In this document: piece after piece, positions 28,447-43,979 of the stretch
How the letters are laid out: each line of letters opens with the position of its first letter
How positions within the stretch are numbered: position 1 is the stretch's first letter
Assembly: GCA_009914755.4 (NCBI GenBank)
Contig: CP068257.2
Coordinates: 29,312,001-29,376,000, forward strand
Length of the DNA stretch: 64,000 bases
Direction of reading: 5' to 3'
Source of the DNA: the human T2T-CHM13v2.0 reference genome, Homo sapiens
Made by a program: the position numbers and the translations under genes
The notes under the pieces: model-generated
Databases searched by the model: none
Seen by the model: the letters and a program-made list of their open reading frames with translations, nothing else
What the model was told of the DNA's origin: nothing

Positions 28447-30442
28447 TATCGTGTTTTATTTTTGTTTGTTTTTTTGTTTCTCTTTTTTTGGTGGGGCAGG
28501 AAGCAGAGTGGACCGTTTTCTATTTGTTATCAAGATAAATAAATCAGGCAAACCACCACTTTATTCTAAAGATCTGTTTTGAGAGAGCCATAGTCAGTTT
28601 CCCCAGTGTAAGGAGGAAATCATTCCTATATACTAGAAAACTTTTCAAAATTTTTTCAGGATACAAAACAAATTCATTCACTCAAGTTTATTCAAGGGTG
28701 GCTGATGTCAGGAGAATTGTGCACAGGAGTTCACTGTGTATCAATCTGACACTGAACCAGTCTCTAACCCATGGCAAGGACTGAGAAGTGGATGAAACCA
28801 CACTAAGAGGATACCCCTCAGGTCATCCTTTCACGAGTTTAACTCAAAAATAGGCAGGGAGCCGGAAACATGTCTGCAAGGCATTACAGAACCCATGCAT
28901 CATTACAGGGGATTACTGAGACGTAGGGGTGGAGGAGCAGGGATAGAGACCTCTCCTCAGCCCATCTAAACCCTCTCCCACCACTACAGCCATCCTCTTC
29001 AGCACAGATGAGCGCTCACACCTCCTACGCCTCCTTCCCCAGAGCCTTACAGAAATTTCCAGACCCGTTGTCTATTTTGGAGAGTGAAACTTGCGATAGG
29101 ATGACCAAGGAGTCTTCTTTTGGTGTGACTTCCTCCACTTCTCAGCCTATGACATAGGTTAACTCGAGACTGGTTCAATATGAAATTGATGCCCAGTGGG
29201 CTCAAAGCTTCTACTTCACAGGCTTCTCATGTACAGCCAAATGTTCCTTCACCTGGGAACGTTCTGAAGAGTGTTGTTACTATCTTAAGGGAATATGCTT
29301 TTAATTTAATGGTTGCCAAGAGCAGCAATCTTAGAAGTGTGGTGCCAGCTCTCCTCAGAGGCTGTCTTCAAAGGTCAAAGGGACCCTCAGGAACTGATTC
29401 TCCAAAGTGCTAAGGGACCACGCTAGGCTCATAAATCAAAGGGAAAAAATACATCCAAACTCCCTTCTGGGAGGCTACAGTCTAGACTGTCTTATATGCT
29501 CTTTGTTATCCATTAAAATAGGCAGTAAAATGTCAACACATAAAACAAAATATTCACAAAGAGAAATAAAATTCAGTAGAGTTACATATTCTGATAGAAT
29601 TTTCAAAACCACTAGGTCCATGTAGCAACTAGAGAGGTGGCTGGAGAAGGGTTATTTCAAATCCAGGAGAGATGTTAGGCACAGAGTGAACAGGAGTAAG
29701 AAACGGGCTAGAAACAGGCAATTCGCTAATGGTCTTTATTCAGAAAAACAGAATCCACTGATACTTATACCCTCATTGTCCTCCTGAGCTAAAGGCTGGA
29801 GACATTGGGCCTGGAGTAAAGGAAATGTAATCCTAGGCCCCTACATGATCCAACAATAACCCATTGCCACAGCTATGTAAACAACAGCTAGCAGGTTTCA
29901 ACTCTCCACATCAACTCCTGGACAGCCTCAGAAGACTTGCCGATGTCTGCAGAACCACATAAATGTTAAAGATTCTGGCAACAGTGAGAAGAGAGGAAGG
30001 AACAAGGAGGAAGAAAGTCAGAGGTATTAAGATAGAGAATGTATAAAAAGGGAAATTGTGATAAAAATGTATGGAAGGAAAAAATGGCTTACTACCTTAT
30101 TATTTAAAGTTACAATGATGATCAACAGAAATTTTAAAAAAATACAAAAAACAACAAAAGGAGGGAAAGGAGGTGATCAGAGGGTATCACAGTAGTGTGA
30201 GTTAAACCTTTGTCATAATGGGAAGTCAATAAATGGGACTTAATTTTTTTTAATCAAGTAATTTTTTGAGTTGTGGAGTTAAGACATAGAACGACCAAAA
30301 AAAAAAAAAATCAAAGGAGTTTTCTCCAGGAAGTGGAACTGATGTCAGAGAAGGGCTGGGGGGAGACAATAGCTTTTTATAAAATCTCCAGTATCACATC
30401 ATGGTTTCCGTGCATACTGACAAGGTATAGAAACTCAGACCT

Positions 30443-30742
30443 GGCCGGGCATGATGGCTCACGCATGTAATCCTAGCACTTTGGGAGGCCAAGGTGGGTG
30501 GATCACGAGGTCAGGAGTTCAAGACCAGCCTGGCCAACATGGTGAAACCCCATCTCTACTAAAAATACAAAAATTAGCCAGGTGTGGTGGCGTGCGCCTA
30601 TAATCACGGCAACTCAGGAGGCTGAGGCAGGAAACCTGCTTGAACCTGAGAGGCAGAGGTTACAGTGAGCCTAGATCGCACCACTGCACTGCAGCCTGGG
30701 CGACAGAGCAAGACTCCGTCTCAGGAAAAAAAAAAAAAAAAA
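30443..30742 (+). mobile_element. Alu SINE (full length, sense)
   Basis: 'ggccgggcatgatggctcacgcatgtaatcctagcactttgggaggccaaggtgggtggatcacgaggtcaggagttcaagaccagcctggccaacatggtgaaaccccatctctactaaaaatacaaaaattagccaggtgtggtggcgtgcgcctataatcacggcaactcaggaggctgaggcaggaaacctgcttgaacctgagaggcagaggttacagtgagcctagatcgcaccactgcactgcagcctgggcgacagagcaagactccgtctcagg' plus A17. Flanks 'gaaactcagacct' and 'gaaatactgagacct' are a TSD. Confidence 0.95.
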
Positions 30743-30764
30743 GAAATACTGAGACCTTACCACC

Positions 30765-30935
30765 TATGTGATTTTAGGCAACTTTAACTTTTCCATGCAC
30801 AGTGTCCTCATTTATAAAATGGGACCAGTAATAATGCTTACTTCATACAGTTGGAAGAATGACATTGGATGATACAACTACAGCACTTAGTGCAATGCCT
30901 GACCAACAGTAGGTTCTCAATGAAGGTTGGCTATA
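30765..30935 (+). mobile_element. MIR SINE
   Basis: 'ccacctatgtgattttaggcaactttaacttttccatgcacagtgtcctcatttataaaatgggaccagtaataatgcttacttcatacagttggaagaatgacattggatgatacaactacagcacttagtgcaatgcctgaccaacagtaggttctcaatgaaggttggctataaataat' parallels the MIR core and tail. Confidence 0.8.
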
Positions 30936-31127
30936 AATAATATTTGTTTATTATTATTATTATTATCACCGGAGAGTTGCTTTTATTCACTTAATACATC
31001 ACGAACAGCTCCACAAATATAGATCTATGGGTCATTCTTGAACAGCTGCATTAAAGTCCGTAGAGTGGACTGGCATAATTATTCAGCCTTCGGACTAAGG
31101 TTCAAACAAGCTTCTTATCTAAATCTC

Positions 31128-31346
31128 ATGGTTTCTCAACCTCAGCTCTACTTACATTTTGGGTCAAATTATTATTTGTTGTGGAGGGTTGTCCTGTGGG
31201 TCATAGGGTGTTTGGCAGCATCCCTGACCTTGACCCACAGGGTGTACCACCACCCCCAAGTTCTAGCAACCAGAATTGTCTGCAGACATTGCCAAATGTC
31301 CCCTGGAAGGGAGGGGGAGATAGAACTGCCCCAACATGAGAACATG
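31128..31346 (+). mobile_element. hAT-type nonautonomous DNA transposon (~200-bp MITE; MER5A-like by recollection), full length with both termini
   Basis: 'catggtttctcaacctcagctctacttacattttgggtcaaattattatttgttgtggagggttgtcctgtgggtcatagggtgtttggcagcatccctgaccttgacccacagggtgtaccaccacccccaagttctagcaaccagaattgtctgcagacattgccaaatgtcccctggaaggg...gaactgccccaacatgagaacatgcc'. The termini 'ca.ggtttctcaacc' and 'gagaac..tg' are inverted-repeat-like. Same family as 54480-54680 and 62794-63392. Track ORF 31038-31442 spans it. Confidence 0.6.
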
Positions 31347-31531
31347 CCTCAAATCCATCCTAAAAACTTCAGGGACTGTTCACCTGCAGCCGGGTTTCTT
31401 CTCATGAGAAAACTTTCTGAAGCTAGTTACAGGCAGACATAAAATACTACAGTCCCCATTTCATGTCACTCACCTGAAAGCAAGGGTCAGAGACACAGCT
31501 TTGCTGTGCCCTCAGTTTAAGATACACTTTA

Positions 31532-31945
<414 letters not shown>

Positions 31946-33133
31946 TCATGCTCTTGCCTTTTGCAATCTCAGTTTATCATAATCTTATTAAATGAGATTA
32001 ACAGATACAGTTTCAGTAGGGCCAGAAATAATGTTTGTTCTTCCACAAATTTCTTCCTAACCAAGGCCAACAGCCTTGCCATTATGTGTCAAATGACTCA
32101 GAAGAAACAGACTCCACGAGGCCCAGCCCCATAACTAGGTGAGGACAAAGCTCAAAATCCACATCTAAATAACACTAGCTCAGAGGTGATCTTCATATAC
32201 AGGAGGAGGGGACAGCTAATAAATGCAAGTATAATCTCCTAATTATAAATAGCATTTTAACTTAGAGTTCTGTTTAGCAAAATTATTTCCATATCCTTGG
32301 GGATGGCTTATAATAATGGTGCTTTGCCAATGTGGTTTCAGAAAATTCTATTAAATGAAAAATCCTGTAGAACAGATGTGTTCACAAGTCCCTGTCCACA
32401 CAGCAGCCAAACTGCTTAATGAAAACACCGCTATGGTTCAGAATTGTGCTTTCTACTGTTATAGGATTGTTATATTAGCATCTCAGAAGAGTAAAGAAGG
32501 TTGGAAAGGAGTGAGAGAGAGGAAATTACCAGAACTAGGGGTCAGGGATGGAATATCTCCAAGGCAAGTACCTCAACATGATACAGAATAAAAGGAAGAT
32601 GATAAAAGAAGTGCTGTTTTTTAAAAAATAGCAAAACCAGGACATAGAAATGAAATGCCTGATTTAAACTAAATCAAGTAAATAACACCACCTCTGTGCT
32701 CTGTATATATTGAACATGCATACATTTCCAATTACATATAATTGGAATGTAACAAAGCTATTTCCAACTCCCTCAAATTCATTAAAATGAGATTTTTTGC
32801 CTGTCTTCAAGAGCTGTTTCTTACTCAAATCATCCTCATACCAGGTTACTCCAAGGACCACTTAGTTTGTTCTCAAAAGTTATACATGAAATTCTATGTG
32901 ATTCTTCCACAACCATTTGCAGTGACTGTTTGGTCATCTTTGGAATAACTGATAAATGTTCATATTTTGTCTCCAAAGCAAGCAAGAACAACCCCATTTG
33001 AGGGTTTGCAGCAAAGACGCTCCTCGATGGCATTTCTCTTTTGCTGTGTGTGTGTGTTTACATCTAACACAGCATGACCTTGCCCCCAAAGAGCTTTACT
33101 TCCAAGTAACACACAGCCCAAAACTCTCACTGC

Positions 33134-33933
<800 letters not shown>

Positions 33934-35439
33934 TAAAAATAAGGTAATTTTAAAGAAAGCCAATAATTTAATTTCAGAGAATAACAGAGTAGACTAGTAA
34001 AAATAAAGGTTAACCTTGAAAATAATAATATTGGCAATTTTAAAGGCCACGAAGCTGAAGGATAAAATTTCAATTTATTTTTGAAGTTAAACCTGGCTAA
34101 GGACTACCAAAAGTATTGAGATTTTTATCAAATAGCATGCCTCTCCTCCTAGAGATATCACCACACACATTTTTCACTTGAACAGATGAGTTTTTATCTT
34201 AAAAAATAAAAGTTTAGATCAAAGCTGGGAAAATGCTTCTCATTAGAAAGAATGTAAAACAAATATTTTAATAAAATCTATCCCCTAAGACATTTCTGAG
34301 GTGATGCTGACACTGCATGCCTCAGTTTAAATTAAAACTAATATACCCAATTTCACAGATCTCTGAAACCATCTTTGATAGCAGTTACGCTATTAGTTGC
34401 TTTCCAGCTCTTGCTGAAAATATAAATAGTGAACGTCTTATCTGAATTTGCTGATGCAGGCAGTAATAGAATTCTTTTACATTTAAACAGAGAGGTACAG
34501 CTAGATTTGTCTTTTCCACTGGCTTTATTAAAAGAGATTAATATACGTATCGTCCTTTCACAATTTCCAATGCACATACATTATCTCATGTAATCTTTCC
34601 AACCAGTCTGTGAGTTTGGTAATATTATCATCATTTTTAGTGAAGTAATTAGATGCTGGAGAAGGAATGGATTTTTGCCAAATATTAATCAACTCAAAAG
34701 AGGTACGGATAGAATTCAGTAAAACCACCCAGCTTTTATAGAGTATATCTTGTCTTCCTCACATAAATGAATGAGTTACCCCCCCACCAACAAGTATACA
34801 CTCATACGCAAAAGACACAGCTTGTTTCAAAAACTTGAAACAATTGGTGATTTATTTGAGAAATTCTTCAGACTTGAAATCTTTGATAACCAATTTTCTC
34901 CTTATGGCCTGTAGTCTTTGTTTGATTACTTAGTGACTTCCAAGTTAAACTGAAAGTGAAACACTCTACTGCTTGGGGGCCTGCTGGGTTCTCCAAGGAC
35001 AGCCATAATGACATCATCCCCCAGTGAACCCCACTTCAATAGCATTTTTAATTTTTCATTCAAATAATACACACACAAAGTCCTAAAGTCTTTCCTAACT
35101 CCAGTGTCAATTAATCAAGCAAATAAAACTCCTTTCATTTTCATTTTTGAAATGTTTTAGAAGACTTCCTGTGATTTTCAATTTGCTTGCTAAAATTAGG
35201 TTATTCAAGAATTTTCTAAAAATATGTATTGACTTGAAAAAAACGTTGTTTAGCATTTTCCCATCCCTCTCACTTCCAATACTATTTCACAGACAGATTT
35301 CTCAATGAAAACAGCCTACTAAATTACTTAGACCTTGTGAAGAATATACAAACAGAAAGACACACAGCGGGCTTCATCAGGTGTGTGACTAAATTAAGTT
35401 GGAAACTAGCATGACAGTTGTGTGTGCACGCGCTGGAAC

Positions 35440-35660
35440 TAGGCTGCCCGAGTTCTCATCTCAGCCTTACTATTTTTACTAACACTAAGAATTTGGGGCA
35501 CATTATTTAGAGTTTCTGTGCTTCAGTTTCCTTATCTGTAAAATGGGCATGGTAATCATGGTTCTTTTACCTCATTGGTTTACTGTGAGAATTAAGGGAG
35601 TCAGTCAAGGTAAAGGTACTTTGAAAAGTAGCAGGCACAAAGAAAGTGCTATAGAAATAC
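35440..35660 (+). mobile_element. MIR SINE
   Basis: 'gttctcatctcagccttactatttttactaacactaagaatttggggcacattatttagagtttctgtgcttcagtttccttatctgtaaaatgggcatggtaatcatggttcttttacctcattggtttactgtgagaattaagggagtcagtcaaggtaaaggtactttgaaaagtagcaggcacaaagaaagtgctatagaaatacaat' contains the MIR core 'cctcagtttcctcatctgtaaaatgggg.ataata..acctcatagggttgttgtgaggattaa' and tail 'gcacatagtaagcgctcaataaat'. Confidence 0.85.
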
Positions 35661-35790
35661 AATATTGACTGCTATCATTATAGCAATGCAAACAATCTCC
35701 CTCTTGATCATTCAAAGAAAAAAAAATTAAAGCATTTTCATGTTAAACACACACTCATTTTTTCCCTGCCTTCTTTCTAAGATTTTAGGT

Positions 35791-36107
35791 CAGGGCTTAG
35801 CAAACTGCTGCCAGTAGGCCAAATCCAGCCCACTATCTTTTTGTACAACAAGCGATCTAAGAGTGGCTTTTACATTTTTAAATGATTGAGAAGAAAAAAC
35901 TAAAAGAAGAAGAATATGGCATATCTGAAAATTATATGAAATGTAAGATTCCATAATAAAAGATAACTGGAAACCCAACAAGCTTATTCGTTTACATGGT
36001 GTCTGAGGCTGCTTTTGTGCTACGAGGCAGACTGAGTAGTTGTGAGACCTCATGGCTCACAAAGCTGAAAACATTTACTATCCGGCCCTTACAGGAAAAG
36101 TGGCCAG
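35791..36107. mobile_element. MER1-like hAT-Charlie nonautonomous DNA transposon
   Basis: Termini 'cagggcttagcaaactgctgccagtaggccaaatccagcccactatctttttgta...' and '...gcttattcgtttacatggtgtctgaggctgcttttgtgctacgaggcagactgagtagttgtgagacctcatggctcacaaagctgaaaacatttactatccggcccttacaggaaaagtggccagc' match remembered MER1 ('caggg.tcggcaaactacggcccgcgggccaaatccggcccg..tgtttttgtaaa...cccattcgtttacgtattgtctatggctgctttcgcgctacaacggcagagttgagtagttgcgacagagaccgtatggcccgcaaagcctaaaatatttactatctggcccttt'). The centre is diverged or carries an insert. Track ORF 35790-36053(-) lies inside it. Confidence 0.65.
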
Positions 36108-38710
36108 CTCATTATTTTCTTGGTGATTGGTGTGAGCATTGCAAACTTTAGAATGTTTCTAAACTTTAGAAATATTCACTTTCTGTGAATGAAGGGAGGT
36201 GCAGATGAATCCTAAAAGGAAAAATTCAGATTCAGGAAAATCACAAGATAAAACTCAAGTACTTAGGATTGTTCCTTCTGAAGCGTTCTAGGAAAGGTAT
36301 GGTGATGAAGTCCATTAAAAGTATATGCTAAACTAAATTGTATATATACTATGAGATTTGATTATTCATAATAACTAAAAATATTCCACATTCACAGCAT
36401 AGATGCTCAGTTTTATGATGAAACTTTTGTACAGCAGCTGAAAATGTATAGGGCTTCATTCCAATCCCCTGCACAGCCAGCTTTACCACTTTCTTTTCTT
36501 TCATTTTTTAATGCATTGCATATTAAAGTCAAATTTTGACCTGAAAAATCAAACATTAGCTATGAGATAAGTTTACCTAGCCTGCCCACTTTCTCATTTG
36601 TCTCTGGGATTCTTCTAATTTTTTCTGGGTAGAATCAGTTCTTTCTTTTCTCAATAGCCATAATCTCATACTTAGTCTTCTCCCACAGTTATTTTATGGC
36701 ACTTTATTATGGAAATATTCATATTTAGAATTTTTTTCATTGTCATGGCCTTCCTACTATTGTCTTCAACTTTCCTCATCACCGATGAAATCTTTTCTTA
36801 TACTTTGGTGAGGCCAAGTTGAAGAAGAATAAAATGGAAAGTTCTGTTCATGTCTGTAGTTTTTTTCTTGCTTAAGCAATTTCATTTTTTATTATTTTAA
36901 TAGAATTACTTTTCCTAATAATATGATTTCCCTTATAAGTTCATGCAACAACAACAGCTCTGGGGATATTACAGTTAATGAGCACTAGGATTCAGGAGTC
37001 CTGTGGAAAGTCACCAAAAGTCCATCAGCTCCTTTTCTTTGTCTGTGAAATGAAAACATCCAAAGAGATGGCTCTGCATTTCTATGTAACTCTGAGTTTC
37101 TAAGATTCTTGCTTTATTCACAATTCTTGTAGTTATTGGGTCTTTCCATAGATAATAGTTTCTAACATTGGATCAAACCATTTATTTCTAATTCTCCACA
37201 ACTCTGTATTCTATACAATAGTTCTAAATTCTAGATTATTACATCACTTTCTAATTCTCTCCTTTACTATGAGCTTATGATTCAGATTCATCCAGCTGTG
37301 TTTGCAGCTCTATTTAGCAGGACTAGCGGTTGAATGTGAGCCCCTAGGGAGGTGAGCCCCAGGCACATGCAAACCCATTAGGGCAGCTAAAAACACCACT
37401 TCCCTTGCAGGAAGAGTGGGAGTTATTGAAAGCCCAGGACTTTTCTTGTCCAGTGTATACAAGGGAAAGTAGAGTAACAACATTTAAAATTACAAAAGTA
37501 ATACAAAAATCATGCTCTTTTTAAAAATTCAAATTTTGAAGAATTAGATATAAGAGACAAAATTACCCACTTCATCCTCTTAAAATAAGACCACTCCCTT
37601 AGGCAACCAGAGTATCCTTCCAGAACTTTCTTTATGCATTCATGTGAATAAATACAGATTTATAGGTACAGATATAGATTTAGGTATCTTTTTACTCTTA
37701 CAAACATTAATTTATACTACACATATTATTCTGAAACTCTGAAACTTGCAACTTTTTAACTTAATGCTACATCTTGGAGTTCCTTTCGTTTCAGGACATA
37801 TAGATCTAATTGATTCTTTTTATTGGTTTCATAGAATCCTTATATTACCAATTTCTAGTGATGGATATATAAGTTATTTCTAATTTATTTAATCTGACAA
37901 ATAAATAATGTTATATGTTTTTCTTTGTGCATATATGTAAATGTTCTGTGAGACAGAAAACCTAGGTTAAAGGAAATTAGTATTTTAAATTCAGGTGAAA
38001 ACTGCCAAATCCCTTCAAGCATTATTTGCTACTTTACATTCCCATCAATAACATGTAACAAATGTTCACTTTTCCACACCATCTCTACCATAAATATTAT
38101 TTTTGTTAGCCCAATGAATGAAAAATGCTCATTTTTTGTTATTTTAATTTGCATTTTTTGGTTAAGTTAGCTTACTAATTTTTCACATTCCCATGGACTG
38201 TGAATAGATTTTTCCTTATCATTGTCCATTTTTCTATTGGGTAATTTGTTTTATTGACTAGAGAATGCCTTATATATTATAGAAATTAATCTTTTGTTTA
38301 TTATTTATATTGTTTGTCTCATTATACTACCTATATTTTAACTTTGCTTATGGGCAAGTTTAAAATTTTAAACTGTATATCTTTATGGTATCTGCGTTCT
38401 GTGTCTTAATTAGGAAAATCTTCCCCACTCAAAGGTTATTAAAATGTCCTGCATGTTCTTCTTATATTTATAGGGTGTTTTTTTCAGTTTATGTCTTTAA
38501 ACCATATGGAATTTATTTTTGTATATGGCATAAGGTATAGAATAATTTTTTCAAACGTTATCGTCCATGCATCATGTATGAAACAGTCCATTTATAAATG
38601 TTTAATTACAAAAGACACATGATTCTGTGGATTCTCAATTCTATCCCATTATTTTTCTATTTCCGTGCCAAAACCACAAAAAACCACACTGCTGTGGAAA
38701 GTTCCCTCTC

Positions 38711-39014
38711 TTTTCTTTCTTTCCTTTTTTTTGTGAGACGGAGTCTCGCTCTGTCGCCCAGGTTGGAGTGCAGTGGCACAATCGTGGCTCACTGCCAAGC
38801 TCCGCCTCCCGGGTTCACGCCATTCTCCTGCCTCAGCTTCCTGAGTAGCTGGGACTACAGGCGCCCGCCACCATGCCCAGCTAATTTTTTGTATTTTTGG
38901 TAGAGATGGGGTTTCACCGTGTTAGCCAGGATGATCTCGATCTCCTGACCTCGTGATCCGCCCGCCTCAGCCTCCCAAAGTGCTGGGATTACAGGCATGA
39001 GCCACCGTGCCCAA
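38711..39014 (-). mobile_element. Alu SINE, AluY-like subfamily (antisense), moderately diverged
   Basis: 'gagacggagtctcgctctgtcgcccaggttggagtgcagtggcacaatcgtggctcactgccaagctccgcctcccgggttcacgccattctcctgcctcagcttcctgagtagctgggactacaggcgcccgccaccatgcccagctaattttttgtatttttggtagagatggggtttcaccgtgttagccaggatgatctcgatctcctgacctcgtgatccgcccgcctcagcctcccaaagtgctgggattacaggcatgagccaccgtgcccaacc' carries AluY-diagnostic blocks ('caagctccgcctcccgggttcacgccattctcctgcctcagcctcc', 'ccgtgttagccaggatggtctcgatctcctgacctcgtgatccgcccgcctc'). I count ~15 substitutions from the consensus as recalled. It is preceded by a (TTTC)n-like tail. Confidence 0.9.
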
Positions 39015-42000
39015 CCCAAAGCATATTTTTACTTGAAGAAAAATCTAAAAAAAAAAAATTTATTGGAATTACATTGAATTTATAAATTAACTTGGGAAGA
39101 AATTACCAGTTTACACTTCTGCCTTCCCATCCAGAAATACTGTGTATTATTCATCATTTCTTTTATGTTTTTCAATAGAGTGTTCTAATTTTCCTTGTAT
39201 GTTTCTTAGGCTCTGAGGTTTATCCTTAGGCATTTCAGTGTTTCTGAGGTTCTGCACTTATTCTTAGGCATTTTGGTATTTTTATTATTATGAATAACAT
39301 CTATTTTTATGAGCTACTCTTAGACATCAGTAAATTTGTGATCTCAGTGTTTGGTCTTACATTCAGGCAAATCAATGAATTATCATATTAGTTCTAAAAG
39401 CTTTTTGGTTTGTCTTTGATTTTCTAGGTAGAAAATCATACCAACTACAAATGATTGTGGTTTTATCACTTCCATTTCAATGTTTGTACACTATTTCCCT
39501 CTTGTCATGTTTCATTGGCTGGTATCTGCAGTACAATCAGGAGTAATAATAGAGCTCTTGATTTTAATTAATGTGCTCCCCGTGTTTCACTATTACATGT
39601 TTGCTCTTTTGGCAGATACCTTTTATCTAAATTTAAGAGGCTATTTCTTCCTAGTTTTACCAGGAATATCTGTTGAATTTTTATAAATTGCTTTTTCTGT
39701 ACCTGGCAAGATAATCATGTAATTTTTCTCTTTTTCTTTAATAAACTGAAAAATGCTAATATATTTCATAGTATAGAAACATGCTTTCATTTCTGAAATA
39801 ACTGTTCAGTCCTGATGTGTTATTCCTTTTGATCATCACTAGGTTTCATTGGCAAATATTTTCCTTCGAATTTTTAAATTTATTTCTGTAAATAAAGTTA
39901 GCCTGTGATTTTCTTTTGTTAGGCTGAATTTGTTCAGTTTGGAAATCAAAATTAAAATCATCAAAGAATAAACAAACAAGCAAAAAATATTTGTGAAAAA
40001 TTTACAGAGGACTCTGGTTTAAAGTTTCTGTTCCTGTAGGAGTCTAATCCTGTAACACTGACAAGAAAACTATAGGAAACTGAGATTTTATATACCTGTA
40101 ATTTGCTGTTGCAAATTATAGGTGTAACCCAGATATTAAACAGGTGATACTGGCAAGGAACAATCAGAAACCAACTTTATTATTTTCTCCCCCTGCTAGT
40201 CAAGGCCATTTTGTGTTGCTGATTCTCTTTACCTGTGGATGAAATCTTGTCTTGCTCCTGGTAAAATCTTGTATGAACCCCCATAGGACATCCCTTCACT
40301 CTATGGTTACTAACTGCTCTCTATTCACTTGCACTCCTAAGGGTAGTTTCATTTCAGTAATTAAATCTAACATCTTGTGTAACAGTCAAACTCCAAACTT
40401 TATTTCAAAGTGAGAGGAGGAAGGGCCTCTGCCCTGAATACCTCACCCTCCAAGCTGTGGCTTCTAACTCCTCTAGGACCAGAGCCAAAGAGGAGAGAAG
40501 AGGTAAGGAGACAGGAAAGAACTCACTTGAAGGGCATCTCTGTGATCTAGCTTTGGTTCTTGCTGGTGTTTAATGACAATGCTGCTGTGGGATGCTTTCT
40601 GTCTTCTTTGGACAACATCTCCAAGCTGGGGATCCCTCACCTCTAGTTCTCTTGATGAGTATAAACGTATCTTCTTGCTTATAGCTTAGAATTCCTCCTT
40701 CAGTCCTGGCATCTAGTGGCACACCTCCAACCCCACTCTGTTGATATTTTCTTGCTCCTCCTGGAAGCCCTGCTGGCAGGATCTAAAACAACTCCAAGCT
40801 GCTGCCCTGACATGTGGCCTTCATCTGGCCCCCAGGTGACAGAAATGTCTGACTCACCATCAGACGGAGGACACCAGACCCAAACACAGCCCTGTCCTCA
40901 GCTGCCACAGCTGGTCCAGCCAGCCTCTCACCTGTGAAGGTTTTTTTGTAGGCATATGTTATGCACCGCAGGGTTCACAGCTCCAGCTGTGCAAATAAAC
41001 CTCTTCAAGCCACCTCTCTTACCTTGAAAAAAGTGAATCATTTTTAGGTTAGGGGGTGAGGAGTGTGCAAGAGAGGTCTGGAGCTTGGGTGAAAAATGAA
41101 ACTCAAAGCCCAAGTTTTCCCAAACCAATCCTCTCTCCAAACTCCAGGTTCTTCTCTCAGACTCCCCAACCTCTTTTATGGCCTTGTGTAGGAGGTCAGC
41201 TAAGGGCCACGAAACAGGATTTTGGCCCCTCCTTTGCAAGTTCCAGGGACTCTGGAGTCCCAGTCTTCCACTTTGGAATGTGGGAGTCGTTGAGGCATCA
41301 TCTTGGAACTATCAACCAAAAATGAGATAGGAAAGAGTATTCGGGAGAGGTAGACTATTTATCCCACACATTTAAATTTACCTTTGAATTATTTACCTTC
41401 AGATGAATATCCAAAAGAAAACTGGTTTTCTCACTCACAGTGTCTCTAGTCCCTCAACACTTAAAATCTTCACTCTGGGAAATAAATTATACAATAACTT
41501 AAGTGTGTTCTTAAGCCAAGCCAACAGACCAAACATCTTTGATGTGTGGCTAAAAGCTGGGCCATGATGAATCCGAATTTCATTTTTCTTTTCAGTCTAT
41601 GGGCTTCACTCCTTGACTTTGATCCACCCTTCATAAAGCTATAGGCAAACGTATCACCGATTTTGTTCTTATACACTACACATACATTCACACACCCTCA
41701 CATTCGTCTTGTACTAGAGATGGCAACCTATAAAAGATGACACAGCAGTGACTCAAGAGTTTGAGCAGCTACTTCACCCCTTTATATACGCCTTCATCCA
41801 AAATTCTCCCTGGGAAGCCTCCTTGAGGTTCAAGGCCACTAGGCAAGCAGGCATCTGTCTCCCTGGAAATGCTAGCAGATCATCACCCCAGGAGAATCCC
41901 AACTGAGAGGAGAAAGGAAAATAAATAAAATAATTGTTTTAATGAATAAACAAATATGGAATATAGTCCAGGGCCCTGGGTATCTGCATGAGCATGGGAC

Positions 42001-42160
42001 AGAGAAACTAACAATTGTGAATCAGGAGAAGCCAGGTCACAAGAAGCAGTCATTTCCCTCTAGGCCACCACCCCAGCATCTCTAAATGTAGGAATGTGAG
42101 CAAAGTAATTCCTAAAATTCTAGGATTCTAATTAGTGTTGAGGTGATTATGTTTCTTTTC

Positions 42161-42462
<302 letters not shown>

Positions 42463-42983
42463 CAATTATGTTCCTTTTACACTGATTTTCTTGGAGCATC
42501 AGTTCTAACTAGGATTCCTCAGGGTACAGATAAGAAACATTCCATAATGATTCTCTACAATAGGGATAGACAAACTAAGGGACCCTCATGCAAGCCAGGC
42601 TGCCACCTGTTTTTGTACCACTTTGAGCTAAGAATAATTTTTAAATGGTTGGAAAAGATCAAAAGAAAAAATAATATTTTATAACCTATGAAAATTATAT
42701 GAAATTCAAAATTGAGCTTCTATAAATACAGTTTTATTGGAACCCAGCCATGCTCCTTTGTTTGTGTCTCCCTGGCTACTTTCACACTACAATGGCAGAG
42801 TAGAGTAATTGCAATTGAGTGTGCATACGGCACACAAGGCCTAGAATATTTACTCTGTGGCCCTTTAAGGAAAACTGCTCCACAATCAGGAAGAAGGTCA
42901 TGGAAAAGGAGGTGACATCAGTGGGAAGAGGCAGTCTGGCTCCAATTCACTCCCTAGAACAATGGTGGATGTCTCCCAAGTAG

Positions 42984-43308
<325 letters not shown>

Positions 43309-43979
43309 TAAAAAATTTAAAAATCCAAAACCACTGAGGCCCAGAACAGGTATCTTTTGGGATTCTAGAAGAGTAAAATGGGGTGGGAGGGGAAGTAGAA
43401 AGGGAAAAAAAAAAAAAAAAAAAAGACCATGGGAGTCAAGTCAGTGATTTCTCACATACAAATGATCTAAAAAGTTTCTGGGCTCCTGGTAAAGCCAAAT
43501 GATCTGGGCTGCATTCCAGGTCCAAGATGTCCTGATTTCCTATTTTTGTTCCCTTTCAGGTCTCAGATTTCAAAACTTTACTGTTACCCTATTTAGGGTC
43601 ACTATGAAAATAGCTTAGAAGTCAGCCTTAGAATTTCAATTCAGAGATATCAGAGACTTTTGTACTAGGGACCTAAAACCTTTAAAAGATGTTTGTTTTA
43701 TTGCCTCCAAATGCCTACTTTCAAAGTTTTGCCAGGAACACGTAAGCCAACAAGGAGCTTATATCTGTGGGTTGACTAAAATCCCGTAAAAGCTATTAGA
43801 GTATAAGCTTCCAATGAAACTGTAAGTTTCCCCAATTAAATCGATAATACCTTGAGTGGAAAGCATGCCAGCTCCAGCTCCCCTCAAACTGCCTAGCACC
43901 TAGTAAGATGCCATTGTAAATACTTGCTGAATAAACGTTCTATATATTCAGAGTTTGCTTGTTGTTACATATTGCAACT

